A stretch of DNA of 64,000 nt from Sphagnum compactum (Eukaryota), in assembly GCA_965153455.1 (NCBI GenBank), contig OZ234493.1, forward strand, positions 32,974,213 through 33,038,212, read 5' to 3'. The notes beneath the pieces were generated by a model. That model was not told the DNA's origin, did no database searches, and saw only the letters and a program-made list of their open reading frames with translations. Below are positions 13,244-24,655 of the stretch, one piece after another. The position numbers were made by a program, and so were the translations under genes. The stretch's first letter is position 1. Every line of letters begins with the position of its first letter.

Positions 13244-16200
13244 ATGGGATCGACTGTAGTATTGGAGAATAATGGCATGGGAGCAGACCGTGCAAAGAGT
13301 TCCGTGGAGAGTAGTTGTATAACTCGCGGCACGACAATATCCAAAAATCAGGCTGCTTTTGATCATCCGGATGGTTCTATCCATGAGCGGCCGGCGGCTT
13401 TTGTGATGCCCTCGAGACGGCTGGGATTTATCTCCGATAGTACCAGTGCTAATTCAGGTTTCGACCCCGACGAGTTTATTGATTCCGTCGCGGAGGACAT
13501 AGAGGTAATTCAGCGGTTGAAGCTGGAAGAGATTCTGACTCGCAATGCCAACGTCGAGTACTTGCAGCGACATGGACTGAATGGGCGTACCGACGTTGCC
13601 AGCTTCAAGCAATGCTTGCCTGTTGTCACCTATTCCGATTTGGAGCCCGATATCTTGCGCTTGGTTAACGGGGACTCTACTCCCATCTTCAGTGCCGATC
13701 CCATCTCCGCATTTTTTCTTAGGTACAAAGATAAGTACAACTATTGAAGTTCAAATTGTGGAAACAGCCGTCAGGATGTTAAGGTCTCTTTCCATTAGGC
13801 TGCTGTGATCACAGTTACTACTACACAAAGTCTGCTGTGCTCACGGTAGCCTAATGGAAAACCACTGACATAGGGCCTTGTTGTTCGCAGCAGGAACAGT
13901 CACTTTCTATCAAAGAGCTGCAGTTGTGTTGAAAACATGTAATTAATCATGTTAGGAACTCTGGGAACTCATGTTCTCATAAAAAAGGAGAGATGTCATT
14001 GTATGGGGAGTCACAGTTTGACTCACAGCTCCTGCAGTTGGGCAATCCTTGACCTGTAGAGTCGTGAGATGACTGAGCAGAGCTACTTGACAAAACATAA
14101 TGGAAGATCTGTGATCACAGCAATAGTAGTGGAAAGATGTCCTAACTGTTATCACAACAGCCTAATGGAAAGAGACCCTAAGTCCAACGTGCTTGCTGGC
14201 CTTATAGTGGTGCTTCTTTAGAAAATATCAAGCCCGCAAATACATGACATGTTTTTCTAGATTAGATTCTACATACTCGAATATCCTGCTGGAATGCAAT
14301 ATTGGGGGTATAATTGGAAGACAGAAATGCAAGCTCATCATTATGATGATATTGATGCAGATTGATGTCTTGATCTTTTTGAACTTTTTTTTTGTATTGA
14401 TTCAATGTTGTGGTCTCATGGGTGACATTATAACTGCAGCACAGGGACAACGGCTGGGAAAGCAAAGTACATACCCACCACAATGAGAGCACTTGAGAAT
14501 ATTCCCTGTCTTCAACGCGTTGTCCAAGCAATGTTCAGGAAGTAGGTGGAGTTCTATCTAATTTCTCCTCCGTCTGAGTTTAAATTGTCAATTTTTCTTG
14601 ACACATATTTTGCCAGTGGTGCAGCTAACGGTTTAATTGTCCTTTTCTGGGTGGAATAGGCAAATTCTAGGAGGCCGGGACGCAAATGGCAAAATATTGA
14701 ATTTGGGCTTTGCAGGTCCGCTTCGAGAAACACCAAGCGGGATCAAAGCAGGGGCGTTGTCTTCCATCACACTACACAGTGCAATCTTCAGGCAGCGGCC
14801 TTTTGATCCAAGTAGCATAAACAGCAGCCCTGATGAGGTGATCTTTTGTAGTGACTACAACCAGGCAATGTACTGCCATCTCTTGTGCGGTTTGGCTCAG
14901 GCACCAGAAATCACTAGGTTGCAAGCCCTGTTTTCAGTCACTGTGGTTGGAACTTTACGGCTTCTGCAGAGGTGCTGGCCTGAGCTGTGCAATGACATTC
15001 GATATGGGACATTGAACCAAAAAGTTTCAGATCCTGCAACTAGAAAGGCCGTGGAACAGATACTCATGAAAGGAGATCCTGAGCTTGCAAGCATGATAGA
15101 AATTCAGTGTTCAACACATGACTGGGGTCATATTATTCCACGCATTTGGCCAAATATGCTGTCTATCTCTTGTGTGCTGAGTGGTTCCATGCAGCAGTAT
15201 GTACCTGCTCTCAAGCACTTTGCAGGACACATCCCATTGATTTCTCCTGTTTATGCAGGCAGTGAATGCCCTATTATGGGCTTGAATGTACAATTTAATC
15301 ATCCGCCTGATGCTGTTGGCTACATGATTTGGCCAGAATCAGCTTATTTTGAGTTCATCCCAATTTCCGGGACTCCTCAGGCTCATGACCTTTCCAATTC
15401 TACAGAGGATCAGCCATTGCGATTGGTTGATGCAGCTGATGTTGAGCTTGGGAAAGAGTATGAGATTGTTGTTACAAATGTCTCTGGTAGGTTCACTCTA
15501 ACCAACTGTTTACGGAGCACAGTCTGTGGAGTACCCAGAAGGGCAACAATTCATGCAGAAATAAGCTCTTGAACAGAACTTAGAGTTTTCTGAACTAAAT
15601 TGCACACTGGGAACATATTTACCATGCTTTACATCCAAAGTGAGCTAGTTTAGGGTTTAGGGTTTAGGATGTATGTATTCAGTATCATCTAAACTGAGTG
15701 ATGCTAAACTTATATCCTGACTTGTTGGAAGTGGGATGATTGTGTCAGGGTTGTATCGATACTGTGTTGGTGACGTCTTACGGGTGAAGGGTTTCAGAAA
15801 GAAAGCACCAATTTTTGAGTTTGCCCAGAGAAAGAATGTAGTTCTGAGCATCTTTACAGAAAAAGTTGATGAAGAAGAACTCCAAGTGGTGGTCAATAAG
15901 GCTTCTCAGCACCTTGTAGAAACTTCAATGGAGCTTGCAGACTTCAGCAGCACTGCAGATATTGTCTCTTCACCAGGACGTTATATTCTGTTTTGGGAGA
16001 TTATAAGCATGTCAAGGTTAGATAAATTTCAAAACTCTTTCTCTTTGTCACACACTGTGTTATTGAGGATATGGCATCTGGCTGGATTTGACCTTAAAAC
16101 ATACCTGTGTGGTGGCCATGAAGATTAACCTCTCTTTTGACACAATACTCCCACAGGTTAGTAAACTTTGCATTTCACAAGAGATAACACAAGAAACTTA

Positions 16201-16772
16201 TTTGGCATTCCCTGTAAGGAAAAGAGTGGACAGCTTTGACAAATTAAAGTTGAATCAACAAAATATAGGGAAAGCTCCCCAAGGGAATCATGGGACCAAT
16301 ATATCAATGTTTTATTCTAATTTTCCCATTGTCACACAAACCATTTCATGTTTGCATAAGGGAAATTCAAGTTTTTCTTGATAGTCCCACAAGTGATCCT
16401 AAAAAAGGTTTCTTGTGGAATAATGACTTACACTAGATTGATGGTTGTCATGCAATTGGAAACAGTGGGACTTTGGATGCTGAAGTGTTGCAGAAGTGTG
16501 CCAATACACTTGACATCAGTTTCAATCATCTGTACAAGAAGTGGAGAGCAGCAGGGCAGATTGGAGCTTTGGAGCTGCGGATTCTGAAGGAGGGATCATT
16601 TGACCAGCTGATGGCTTCGGCAGTTCTGAGCAGAGGCATATCTCCAGGACAATTTAAGACTCCTCGATGCATCAAGGCACCTTCAGATCTGGAAATCCTT
16701 AATTCTTTGGTGGTTGCCACATTCCAGAGCCATGAAAAACCTTCAGTGGCTTCCTTTGATTATAGCCTTTAG
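13244..16772 (+). CDS. GH3: GH3-family acyl acid-amido synthetase; join(13244..13722,14440..14541,14660..15486,15749..16016,16466..16772), 1983 nt, 660 aa
   Basis: All four introns are GT-AG with compatible phases, and the summed exons are divisible by 3. GH3 hallmarks: EILTRNANVEYL, FKQCLPVVTYSDL, FFLSTGTTAGKAKYIP (P-loop), QAMYCHLLCGL, YAGSE, AYFEFIP, EYEIVVTNVSGLYRYCVGD, RKNVVLSI, GALELRI, QFKTPRCI. Confidence 0.95.
13783..14178. mobile_element. Tourist/PIF-Harbinger-like MITE in GH3 intron 1
   Basis: TIRs of about 32 bp: GGTCTCTTTCCATTAGGCTGCTGTGATCACAG versus the reverse complement of the right end GGTCTCTTTCCATTAGGCTGTTGTGATAACAG. TAA flanks both sides (13780-82, 14179-81). Internal CTGTGATCACAG sub-repeats. 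Confidence 0.8.
16188..16417. mobile_element. MITE in GH3 intron 4 (second copy at 56188-56460)
   Basis: Terminal inverted CACAAGAAAC...GTTTCTTGTG. The interior is collinear with 56188-56460 (GGAAAAGAGTGGA, AAAGTTGAAT, TTCTAATTTTCCCATTGT, ACAAACCATTTCATGTTTGCATA). Confidence 0.8.
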
Positions 16773-18799
16773 GGGCTAATAATTTCTAACAACTTCATAT
16801 TTGGAGGAATTGACATCAACAGCAATGACAACGAGAATGAATAGGTACCAAAAGTGGAGAATGAGGGGTTTCATAAAATGTCAGCAATATGGAAAATATG
16901 AATTTTTTTTAAGACAGTGTAAAAGAAATAGTAAGATGCCGAAGGTTGACATGTGATGTGGGTCTGGAATTGATGCATCACACTCTACAAACCAGGTACT
17001 TAGTTACTGGTGGTCAATTTAGGGTTTGTAAGGGTTAGGTTGCAGAATGTATTTCTTGACATATTTGTATGTTGGCCCTGAGTACACTTGAAATGCATAC
17101 TGGTGAGGGATTACAGTGCTTAAAAATGTATTACTTCAAGAAAGACAAATCTGTAAAGTAAGCATATGAAAAAAGAGTCACAACTCGAGGTATGGCATGA
17201 GGAGGCTGCATTAACAGTTGCGGACAATATATGCACTAAATGGTGCACATGCCGCTATATTGTACAAAAGTATTTTAGTTTACTTTCATAATTTTGTTTG
17301 AATCCATTTCTTAAAAACAAAATGCACAATTGTTCAGTAATATGATCATATACGTCACTAGCTTGATTATTGCCATGCACCTTAGTGGTGTCTCTTTTTT
17401 GGGCAGATATTTGCACTGTGCAAATTTGAGTGGATTTGGTTGTTATTTGACATTTGTGGCCACTTTTTCAACCACAAAAAACTGTTGCACCTCTGTATAT
17501 CACCTTCTTTAAGTTTGGGTTTAAGAACACAAATTGATTATTAGATCATTTGTAGTTTATTATGAGCAACTACAAGTGATTGGGGACATATGATTCCAAT
17601 ATGTGTTGAACTCAGTCACCATTGTGTGAACACTTGTGAGCATGATCCTGCATTAGTTCACTGACCCAATTAAGTTGGCGGCATATCATTTTAAACCTAT
17701 TGAATTGCTATCTTTTTTGTTAAGTCTAGAACCAACACTTCCCTTCTGTTTTTTTAAACTCGAGGCACAACAGCAGACCTGACTTGACATGGGATCCTCA
17801 AGTCAGACGCATTGGCAGAGGGTTGACATGAGTTTCACCTTCACACCATTGGGTTTGAACTAGTGTTGGTTGGATATGTGGCTTTTTCTAGATTTGAACA
17901 TGCACAATCATTGAATATGAATAAAGTCATATTCAAACTTGCATCTTTTCCTCTAACCAGACCTTATTTGCAACTGGTAGATGTCTTCTAGTTGGATAAT
18001 CTTATCATAGTCATATCAGCAAAGACATTAACCTATGGCTTATTGTATCTGTTTGTTACAATAGGTAGGGTATCGAATATGAAATATATGCCAAAAGTAG
18101 AGTTTAGGGATGAATAAAGAAAGTGAAGCTTTTTATGTATGTGTCAAGCTTTACGTTGTTGTCAAGCTTTTTCAATCTTTCTTAATTGCGGTGGCTCTAT
18201 GCAATGCTTGTGGTTTTTTGAAGCTTATGATCTTTTGTATTGTCATTTCAATATCTTGTGTTGTCAAATTTATCTCACTTTGCTTCAACATGCTTTACTT
18301 TTTATTCTTGCATTTCAAGCTACAACTTTGGTTTGCATTGAGCTATGTGAGTTTGGAGATTGTTACAAAAGCTTTGCATTGAGCTTCATATTATTGTGTC
18401 AACTTGTTATAGGAGGTTTGCATTGAACTTTACATTGCCTCGACAACCATTGTTGTCATTCAAGCATCAAGCTCTATTGTTGCATTCGAGTTTCAAGTTG
18501 CAACAACACATGTGCATGGATTTTTCCTTTCCATTTCTTTAGTTTTGATGTTTTTGTTTTTTTGGATACAAATTCTATTGTTTTCCCACATTTCATGCAT
18601 AACAACTTCAGAATTTGTAGAAATCCAACAACTATGTTTTCCTTTTTTTCATTTGTCCTTTTGATTTTACATTTTGTTCTTAGAATTCTTTTTATGAGCA
18701 TTTTGGATTGGTAGAAGCTTGGGATTGTGATTTGAGTTGTGATTTTATATGTTAGTCTTCTTCCTTTCATTTAGGGTTTTTTTATTCAAGGCACTTTTA

Positions 18800-20510
18800 C
18801 AATGTTTAAAAGAGAAATGATTATTATTGAAAGTGTGGGTTGGATGCCCATGAAGCAACTTGTGGTTTGAACATAAATCCAACTAATAGTTTGTTGGATG
18901 TTGAATTTGTACCCCTAGAATGCAACAACAATCTATTAGAAAATGATGATGTTTAGCTTGCAATTATAGAAGTTCAAGTTTGAGAATGGAAACCACACAA
19001 TAGGACATCAATTTGTTAGGGCTTCTTTACAATCAATGACAACTTGCCAATTTATTTTGAAAATCCACAAAAGTTGTAGTGTATCATTTGTTGATTTGAG
19101 GAGGTAATTGGTAACATTCTAAACCAACGTAGTTTTGTTCTAAGGAAGGGGTTCATCAAATATAACAAAACAAATAATATTACACCTATGAAAACACATA
19201 TTAATTCATCACATTCTTGTTTAGTTACAAAAATAAAATTATGACTAATTGAAAAACTTGGCAAAACTTTTTGAAACAAATCATAATTAGTAACATGGGA
19301 AGAAAAGGGTCAGGCCAACAATGGTTGCTTTCACTAAATATTTTGACTTAACAACCCTTTACAAAAATGATGATGAAGCACAACAAATGTTTCTAGAGGA
19401 CCTTGTGCTTTATATTTGCAAAGGTTACATACCTCTATCTTCATGTGACAACATTTAATTACATAGGTTAGTGTTGCACAAATATTTCCATGTTCTATTT
19501 CCATTTCGTTCATCTCTTGTGGAATATTAGGTTCTTCTTTCAATGGTCACAAAGACCATGAACTTGCATGTCTTGCCAAATCTGGAATTTGTAGCTATTG
19601 TTTTTTAGTTTTGATCTTTGAATGTCCAAAGGTGGGCTGGACACATTTGCATTGGTCATTAATTATTTAGATGATACTTGCAAACCTAGGCATGCTATTG
19701 TGACGTTTTTCAAAGTGCATGGAACTATTAAGAGTGCCATGGTTTTGCAACTTCAATCTTTGTTGGGAAAAATTGACTTGATTCACTATGTAAATGCTTT
19801 TGTGAAAGATGAGGGCAATAACCTTAAAATTGTGGCCACAATATTGTAGTTTATTATTGAATGTGAACTAGTGAAGTTTTTTTGGGCTTACAAAGGTACT
19901 TGCTTTGGGCATGTGATGTCTAAAGCATGTAAGAATGCAATTAATGATGACAAGGTTTCTATGAATCTAAATTTGGTATGTGTGGAAGTTTTATGATTAA
20001 ATCATATTGTCCAAACAATGTTTACAATTTTAGGTGATGGACTTGGTGACTTACTTTTAAAATTGAAGAAGATGATACCAACATCTTTGGTGTTTGAATG
20101 TTTATGGAAAAATCTTTGCTTGCATTTCTTATTAGAAAGTTGTCCTTATTTTGGAAATATATTATGTCCTTTTATCCAAGTGTGTAGATTGTCTTGTTTG
20201 GTGGCAAATCCATGAGAATTAGTTTTCAGACATTTGTTTCCTTGCCAAATAAATTCTTGGAATTCCAAGGTTTCAAATTGAAACAAACTGAATTTTTAGC
20301 CAGGTTGGTTTGTTGACAACTTTGAAATGTAATAGCTTACATGTTGAAAATCTTGAATGGATTATCACTTTTATAAAGAACTAGCCAAATAATTTATGTT
20401 TGAATTGTATAGTAAATGAAAACTTCAAGGATTATATTAAAGTTGAAGTTGTTTTAACCAAAGAAAACTATGAGTTGATTGAGGAATCTAAATATATTGA
20501 AGAGATGAAA
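18800..20510 (+). pseudogene. Decayed, internally deleted hAT-family transposase
   Basis: SFDL*MSKGGLDTFALVINYLD (first catalytic Asp region) and VKDEGNNL. At ~20193-20390: LVWWQIHEN*FSDICFLAK*ILGIPRFQIETN*IFSQVGLLT...NL (hAT dimerisation domain). Many stops. Confidence 0.8.
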
Positions 20511-22399
20511 GTTGACAGTGATAAAATAATTCACCTTCACCAATTCTACATTTTTTCCCTCTTCAATTAACTCTATTTTGAAAAATGTTTTAATTCTTAA
20601 GTTTTGCCCATGTTGATATTGCAAGGTTCTCGGGGATCTAGGTGTGATTTTGTTACTAATTAAACTATATCAAGCTTCGACATGTGCAAGGTTGGGGTGT
20701 AAGATGGGTGTGTGGTGTGGGGGGTTGGGTTGTTTTTGTGAATGTTTGTTTTTGTAGGCAACTATGCTACAATGGGCAAATTCCTTTATAGAACTAAGGT
20801 TCAATTTCCCACAAGTTATTTCATTTTCAATTTCGAATTTTGATTTTGCACAACTAACATGTGAAGTTTGAATACATAATGGACAGTCCATCCAAATTTT
20901 CAATGGATGGATAATTGTCTTTAGACATTTTTTTTGGAAATATCTAGATGCTTATCTTTTGTCAAATTTTAAAAAATAAAATCTACTATTCATATTCTTT
21001 GGAAAGGTCTAAAATACCATATTTTGTCTAACACTAGAATTGGTAGATTCTTGGATTTTAGTAGGTTAATGTCTAAATGAGGTCAAGTTTTAAGGTTTTT
21101 GAATTGGAGGTTCCAAGTCTATCGGAATTGTCATTGAAACCTAATTGAAAAATCAATTTATTTTCAAAATTGAATTAAAACCTAAACTAAGGGTGTTGCT
21201 TCATTTTAAAGAGGTTCAAGTTCTTTATGGACATAAATATAATTTTATAAAAAAAGGTACAAGCTTGGGTTCACATTTTAAAGAAGTTATTGTATTTAAT
21301 TGGTTGTACATAATTAATATTACATAATCTGTATTTTGAATTACACATATGTGTTAATTGAAGAAACCTATATTATAGAAACTTTTTTTTTGTTTAGTTG
21401 TGTGTAATGGAGATGGAATCAAACCTTATTTTAAAATGAACCAATTTTAAATTCTTTGTGAAAATGAACGGAATTGAAAAATTTTAAAATTTTAAAATTT
21501 GGTTTGACGACTTGATTAAAAAAACCATTAAAACTGAAAAAGAGGTAGAATTGGGACGAATGGTTCTTTTCTAAAATCAAGAACCAACCAACACTATTTG
21601 AACCAAGACCTTTTGTCATCCCAAGGTCCCTAAAAGGCCTATACTATTGAGCCATCACTCTTGAGGTAGAACCAACACTTTTGACATGCATGACATACTA
21701 GATATGTGCAAGTCAAGATTAGACAAAGTCAACAAGACCATATTGGAACTAAAATTCCCAACTATTTCAACATGCAGTGTATCCAAAGATCGAAAAGAAA
21801 TTATAAGTTGTTTGAAAGATAAGATCCAATGTTATTTTTTTTGGGTCAAATTGACAAGTAGGATTTTGCAAATGAATTATCTAACAATATGAGTAATAGC
21901 AAAACCCAAAACCCTTGCATATTGTCTAACATGTGAATCAATCATTGTGATTGACCAATGAATATGAATCAATGTATCATGGTGATTGATCAACTAGAAG
22001 TATTCAATTTTCTTTTCAAGGTAGACTTTTGACATTCATGATATCCAACACAAATTTACATGAGCTAAAAGCCCATTTTCATGTGGAATGTTAAATGATG
22101 AAACCCTGCCAATCATATAAAAGCCAAAGCACCCCCAAAAGGGGGAATACAAGTGTTATACGGTAAACACCTGAATCAAACTTTGTAAGGGTCAAAAAAA
22201 AAGGGGGTTGCCAGACCTTGCATAGTTCTGTCACAGGGTAAAAATCTAATAAATAAAAAGTAATTGTAACATTTGTTGCCATTGTTTGAATCAATAAGAA
22301 ATAGGCGGATGGTAGTAACTAGATCTGACTGTCCTGGTGTGTTGGGTTTAAATCTCATGGTGGTGGGTGTAAGGCAATGAAGATGTTTTTTGGAAACAA

Positions 22400-22804
22400 T
22401 AGACTTTTCCGTAAAGTCCGGAAAACACATTATCAAAACCCTGAGTTTGGTCCAAAACAGGGTAAGATTAGAAAAAAAACCTGCAGAAAAGTACATTAGC
22501 CTTCAACGGGGGATGAAACCCAAAAATGTACCATTTTTTATGGTAAACTGAGTTTCATCCTGTTTTGACCCTCTCTTTCCTTTTCCTGAGCGCCTCCACT
22601 GCTACTGCATATATTTTGACTGCTCCCACCTGTACAACTACTATAATCACCTCGAACCTTGTGCATTAAGTGCTGAGTTTCAGCATTTCATACCCATATT
22701 TAATAAAACTTCCTTATTTTGCAGACATCACTCAAAGACGGGATAGGGGGTGAAAAGAGACCCAAAGACAGGGTGAAGACAGGGTGACTTTAAGGAAAAC
22801 TCTA
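22400..22804. mobile_element. TIR element (TAG...CTA ends) upstream of PDCD2
   Basis: TAGACTTTTCCGTAAAGTC versus the reverse complement of the right end TAGAGTTTTCCTTAAAGTC (17/19). No TSD recognised. Confidence 0.55.
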
Positions 22805-23022
22805 ATGCAAAGCACAAAAGGAGGAGGAGCCGTGTTAAGTTCAATTGGGGGCAGAGGAGCGGGTGCTTAAGTTCAATTGGGGGGCTGGGTGTTCAACTTG
22901 CCCCATCCTCAGCAGACATGTATACTACATAGTGTATTTTCAGGTCTTCCCCTATACATTTTCACACCATTGAAACTGATTTCATCCAAAATGGGGCATG
23001 TCGGTCAATTTACTTCTATCTT

Positions 23023-23140
23023 TGGGCCGTCTCCTAGGCTAACTTTAACATTTAATTGTAATATTTCATTTATTTTCATCCACACGTAGGCTAGTTTGAG
23101 TTTTCATCCATTGGCGCTGACGGTTTTTGTTTTAGGGTTT
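23023..23140 (+). promoter_or_regulatory. Site II (TGGGCC) plus telo-box (TAGGGTTT) module upstream of PDCD2
   Basis: TGGGCC at 23023-23028 and TAGGGTTT at 23133-23140, ending 33 nt before the first ATG. This pair is typical of plant translation/ribosome-biogenesis gene promoters. The motifs are short and could occur by chance. Confidence 0.45.
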
Positions 23141-23173
23141 GGCGCTCGTCATATTTACTGACAGTGCACGGCT

Positions 23174-24655
23174 ATGGCGTTCAATGCTTGCGGTTCCCAA
23201 TGTGGACGTGAGCATTGTCGCGAGGCGATGTGGGAAGGGAATAGATGCAACGCCGATCAAGCGCTGGAAACAGGCTTGGCAGCAATGCATTTATCTTCCG
23301 GAGTTCCGCGTGAAGATGCGGAGTTTGACTCGGAGGAGGAAGACGAGGAAGACGTTTTGGTAACATTAGGGTTTGTGCAGGCAGCAGAGAATGAGTGGAA
23401 GTTGCAGCGACATCAGTTTCCGAGCAAGGTGGGAGGAGCTCCTGCATGGTTAGACCCTGTAAACATTCCCGAGGGAGATCAAACCAGGTGCGGCGTCTGT
23501 GGCAATCCTTTAGGGTTTCTGTTACAAGTGTATGCACCTTTTCGTGAGGAAGGAGGAGGAGGATTGGATCAGCGAGAGGATGTGTTTCACAGAACCCTCT
23601 TTGTTTTCGTGTGTCAGAACATGGCATGTTTGCAGCAAGACCAGCATCTTCAGTATGAGCGGAGTTCGCAATCGCTGTGCAGAAGTGTGAGGGTGTTCCG
23701 ATCACAGCTTCCTCGCAGCAACCCGTTCTACTCTTACCAGCCTCCTAGCTCTGACGGACTCCAGGATTCTTCTTCCTGTGAAGGTGCGCCTTTGTGTACA
23801 TGGTGTGGGACGTGGAAAGCGAACATTGTTTGTGGAGTATGCCGACAAGAAAGGTATTGTTGTGGGATTCATCAGCGTGAGCACTGGATTGCTGGTCATA
23901 GTGCATTCTGTGGCCAGATCCAAGCAGTCACAGGTGCAACACAACATGTGCCTCCATCTAGTTTAGGTCTAACGCCATTGACATCAGGGGCTACAAACCC
24001 TAATGGAGGACTCACATTGCCTCTTCTGACACCTCCTTCCACTGAAACATCAAACCCAGTGCAAACCATGGTCCATGATGTTCTGAATAGAGTTGTTGCA
24101 ACAACATCTAGAAGACCTGGGATTGCAAAGCTGTGGCCTGAGATGGAGCTAATAGTTGACGAGGAAGAGAATTTTGAGCCCACAGGAGGTTCACAAAATT
24201 CCACTAGCATGACACAGCATTTGCCAAATGTGTATGAGAAGAGCAGAGAGGATGGTGAGGAGTTTTCGGCCAGTGATATGCAGGATGTGGAGGATTCATT
24301 GAGTGAACAACAGAAATGGGCTGCTTTCCAGGCCCATATTGCCAGGGCACCAGACCAAGTTCTGCGCTACAGCCGGGTAGTGGGTGCAAAGCCCTTGTGG
24401 CCCTCTGTGGAAAATCGTGTGCCCAGCAGCAGTGACATCCCTCCTTGCTCAAATTGTGGAGGTCCTCGCATTTTTGAGCTGCAACTGATGCCACAACTGC
24501 TGTACTTTCTTGGAGTACACAATGCACCAGAGTCAGATTCACTTGACTGGGCAACAATAGCAGTCTATGCATGTGCTAGTTCCTGTTGCATTGCAACATC
24601 TGGACGCAAGGGCTATCTGGAAGAGTTTCCTTGGGTTCAATTGGCTGTTACCTGA
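23174..24655 (+). CDS. PDCD2: Programmed cell death protein 2-like (MYND zinc finger + PDCD2_C), single exon, up to 493 aa
   Basis: Acidic N-terminus then V.LGFV, SKVGGAPAWL, CGVCGNPLGFLLQVYAP, FHRTLFVFVC, VRVFRSQLPRSNPFY. MYND: CTWC...CGVC....YCC..HQ..HW...H...C. C-terminal PDQVLRY, PPCSNCGGPRIFELQLMPQLL, DWATIAVYACASSC, YLEEFPWVQ. The true start may be a downstream ATG (23228 or 23285). Confidence 0.93.
   Translation: MAFNACGSQCGREHCREAMWEGNRCNADQALETGLAAMHLSSGVPREDAEFDSEEEDEEDVLVTLGFVQAAENEWKLQRHQFPSKVGGAPAWLDPVNIPEGDQTRCGVCGNPLGFLLQVYAPFREEGGGGLDQREDVFHRTLFVFVCQNMACLQQDQHLQYERSSQSLCRSVRVFRSQLPRSNPFYSYQPPSSDGLQDSSSCEGAPLCTWCGTWKANIVCGVCRQERYCCGIHQREHWIAGHSAFCGQIQAVTGATQHVPPSSLGLTPLTSGATNPNGGLTLPLLTPPSTETSNPVQTMVHDVLNRVVATTSRRPGIAKLWPEMELIVDEEENFEPTGGSQNSTSMTQHLPNVYEKSREDGEEFSASDMQDVEDSLSEQQKWAAFQAHIARAPDQVLRYSRVVGAKPLWPSVENRVPSSSDIPPCSNCGGPRIFELQLMPQLLYFLGVHNAPESDSLDWATIAVYACASSCCIATSGRKGYLEEFPWVQLAVT

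Noticed and set aside
18110..18542. Cys/Leu/Phe-rich short ORFs
   Set aside because: Derived from degenerate TCAAGCT-type tandem repeats upstream of the hAT remnant.
23181..24572. Minus-strand ORFs of 81-174 aa overlapping PDCD2 (similar ones overlap GH3, the LINE and LBD)
   Set aside because: Antisense shadows of GC-richer coding sequence with no recognisable motifs.
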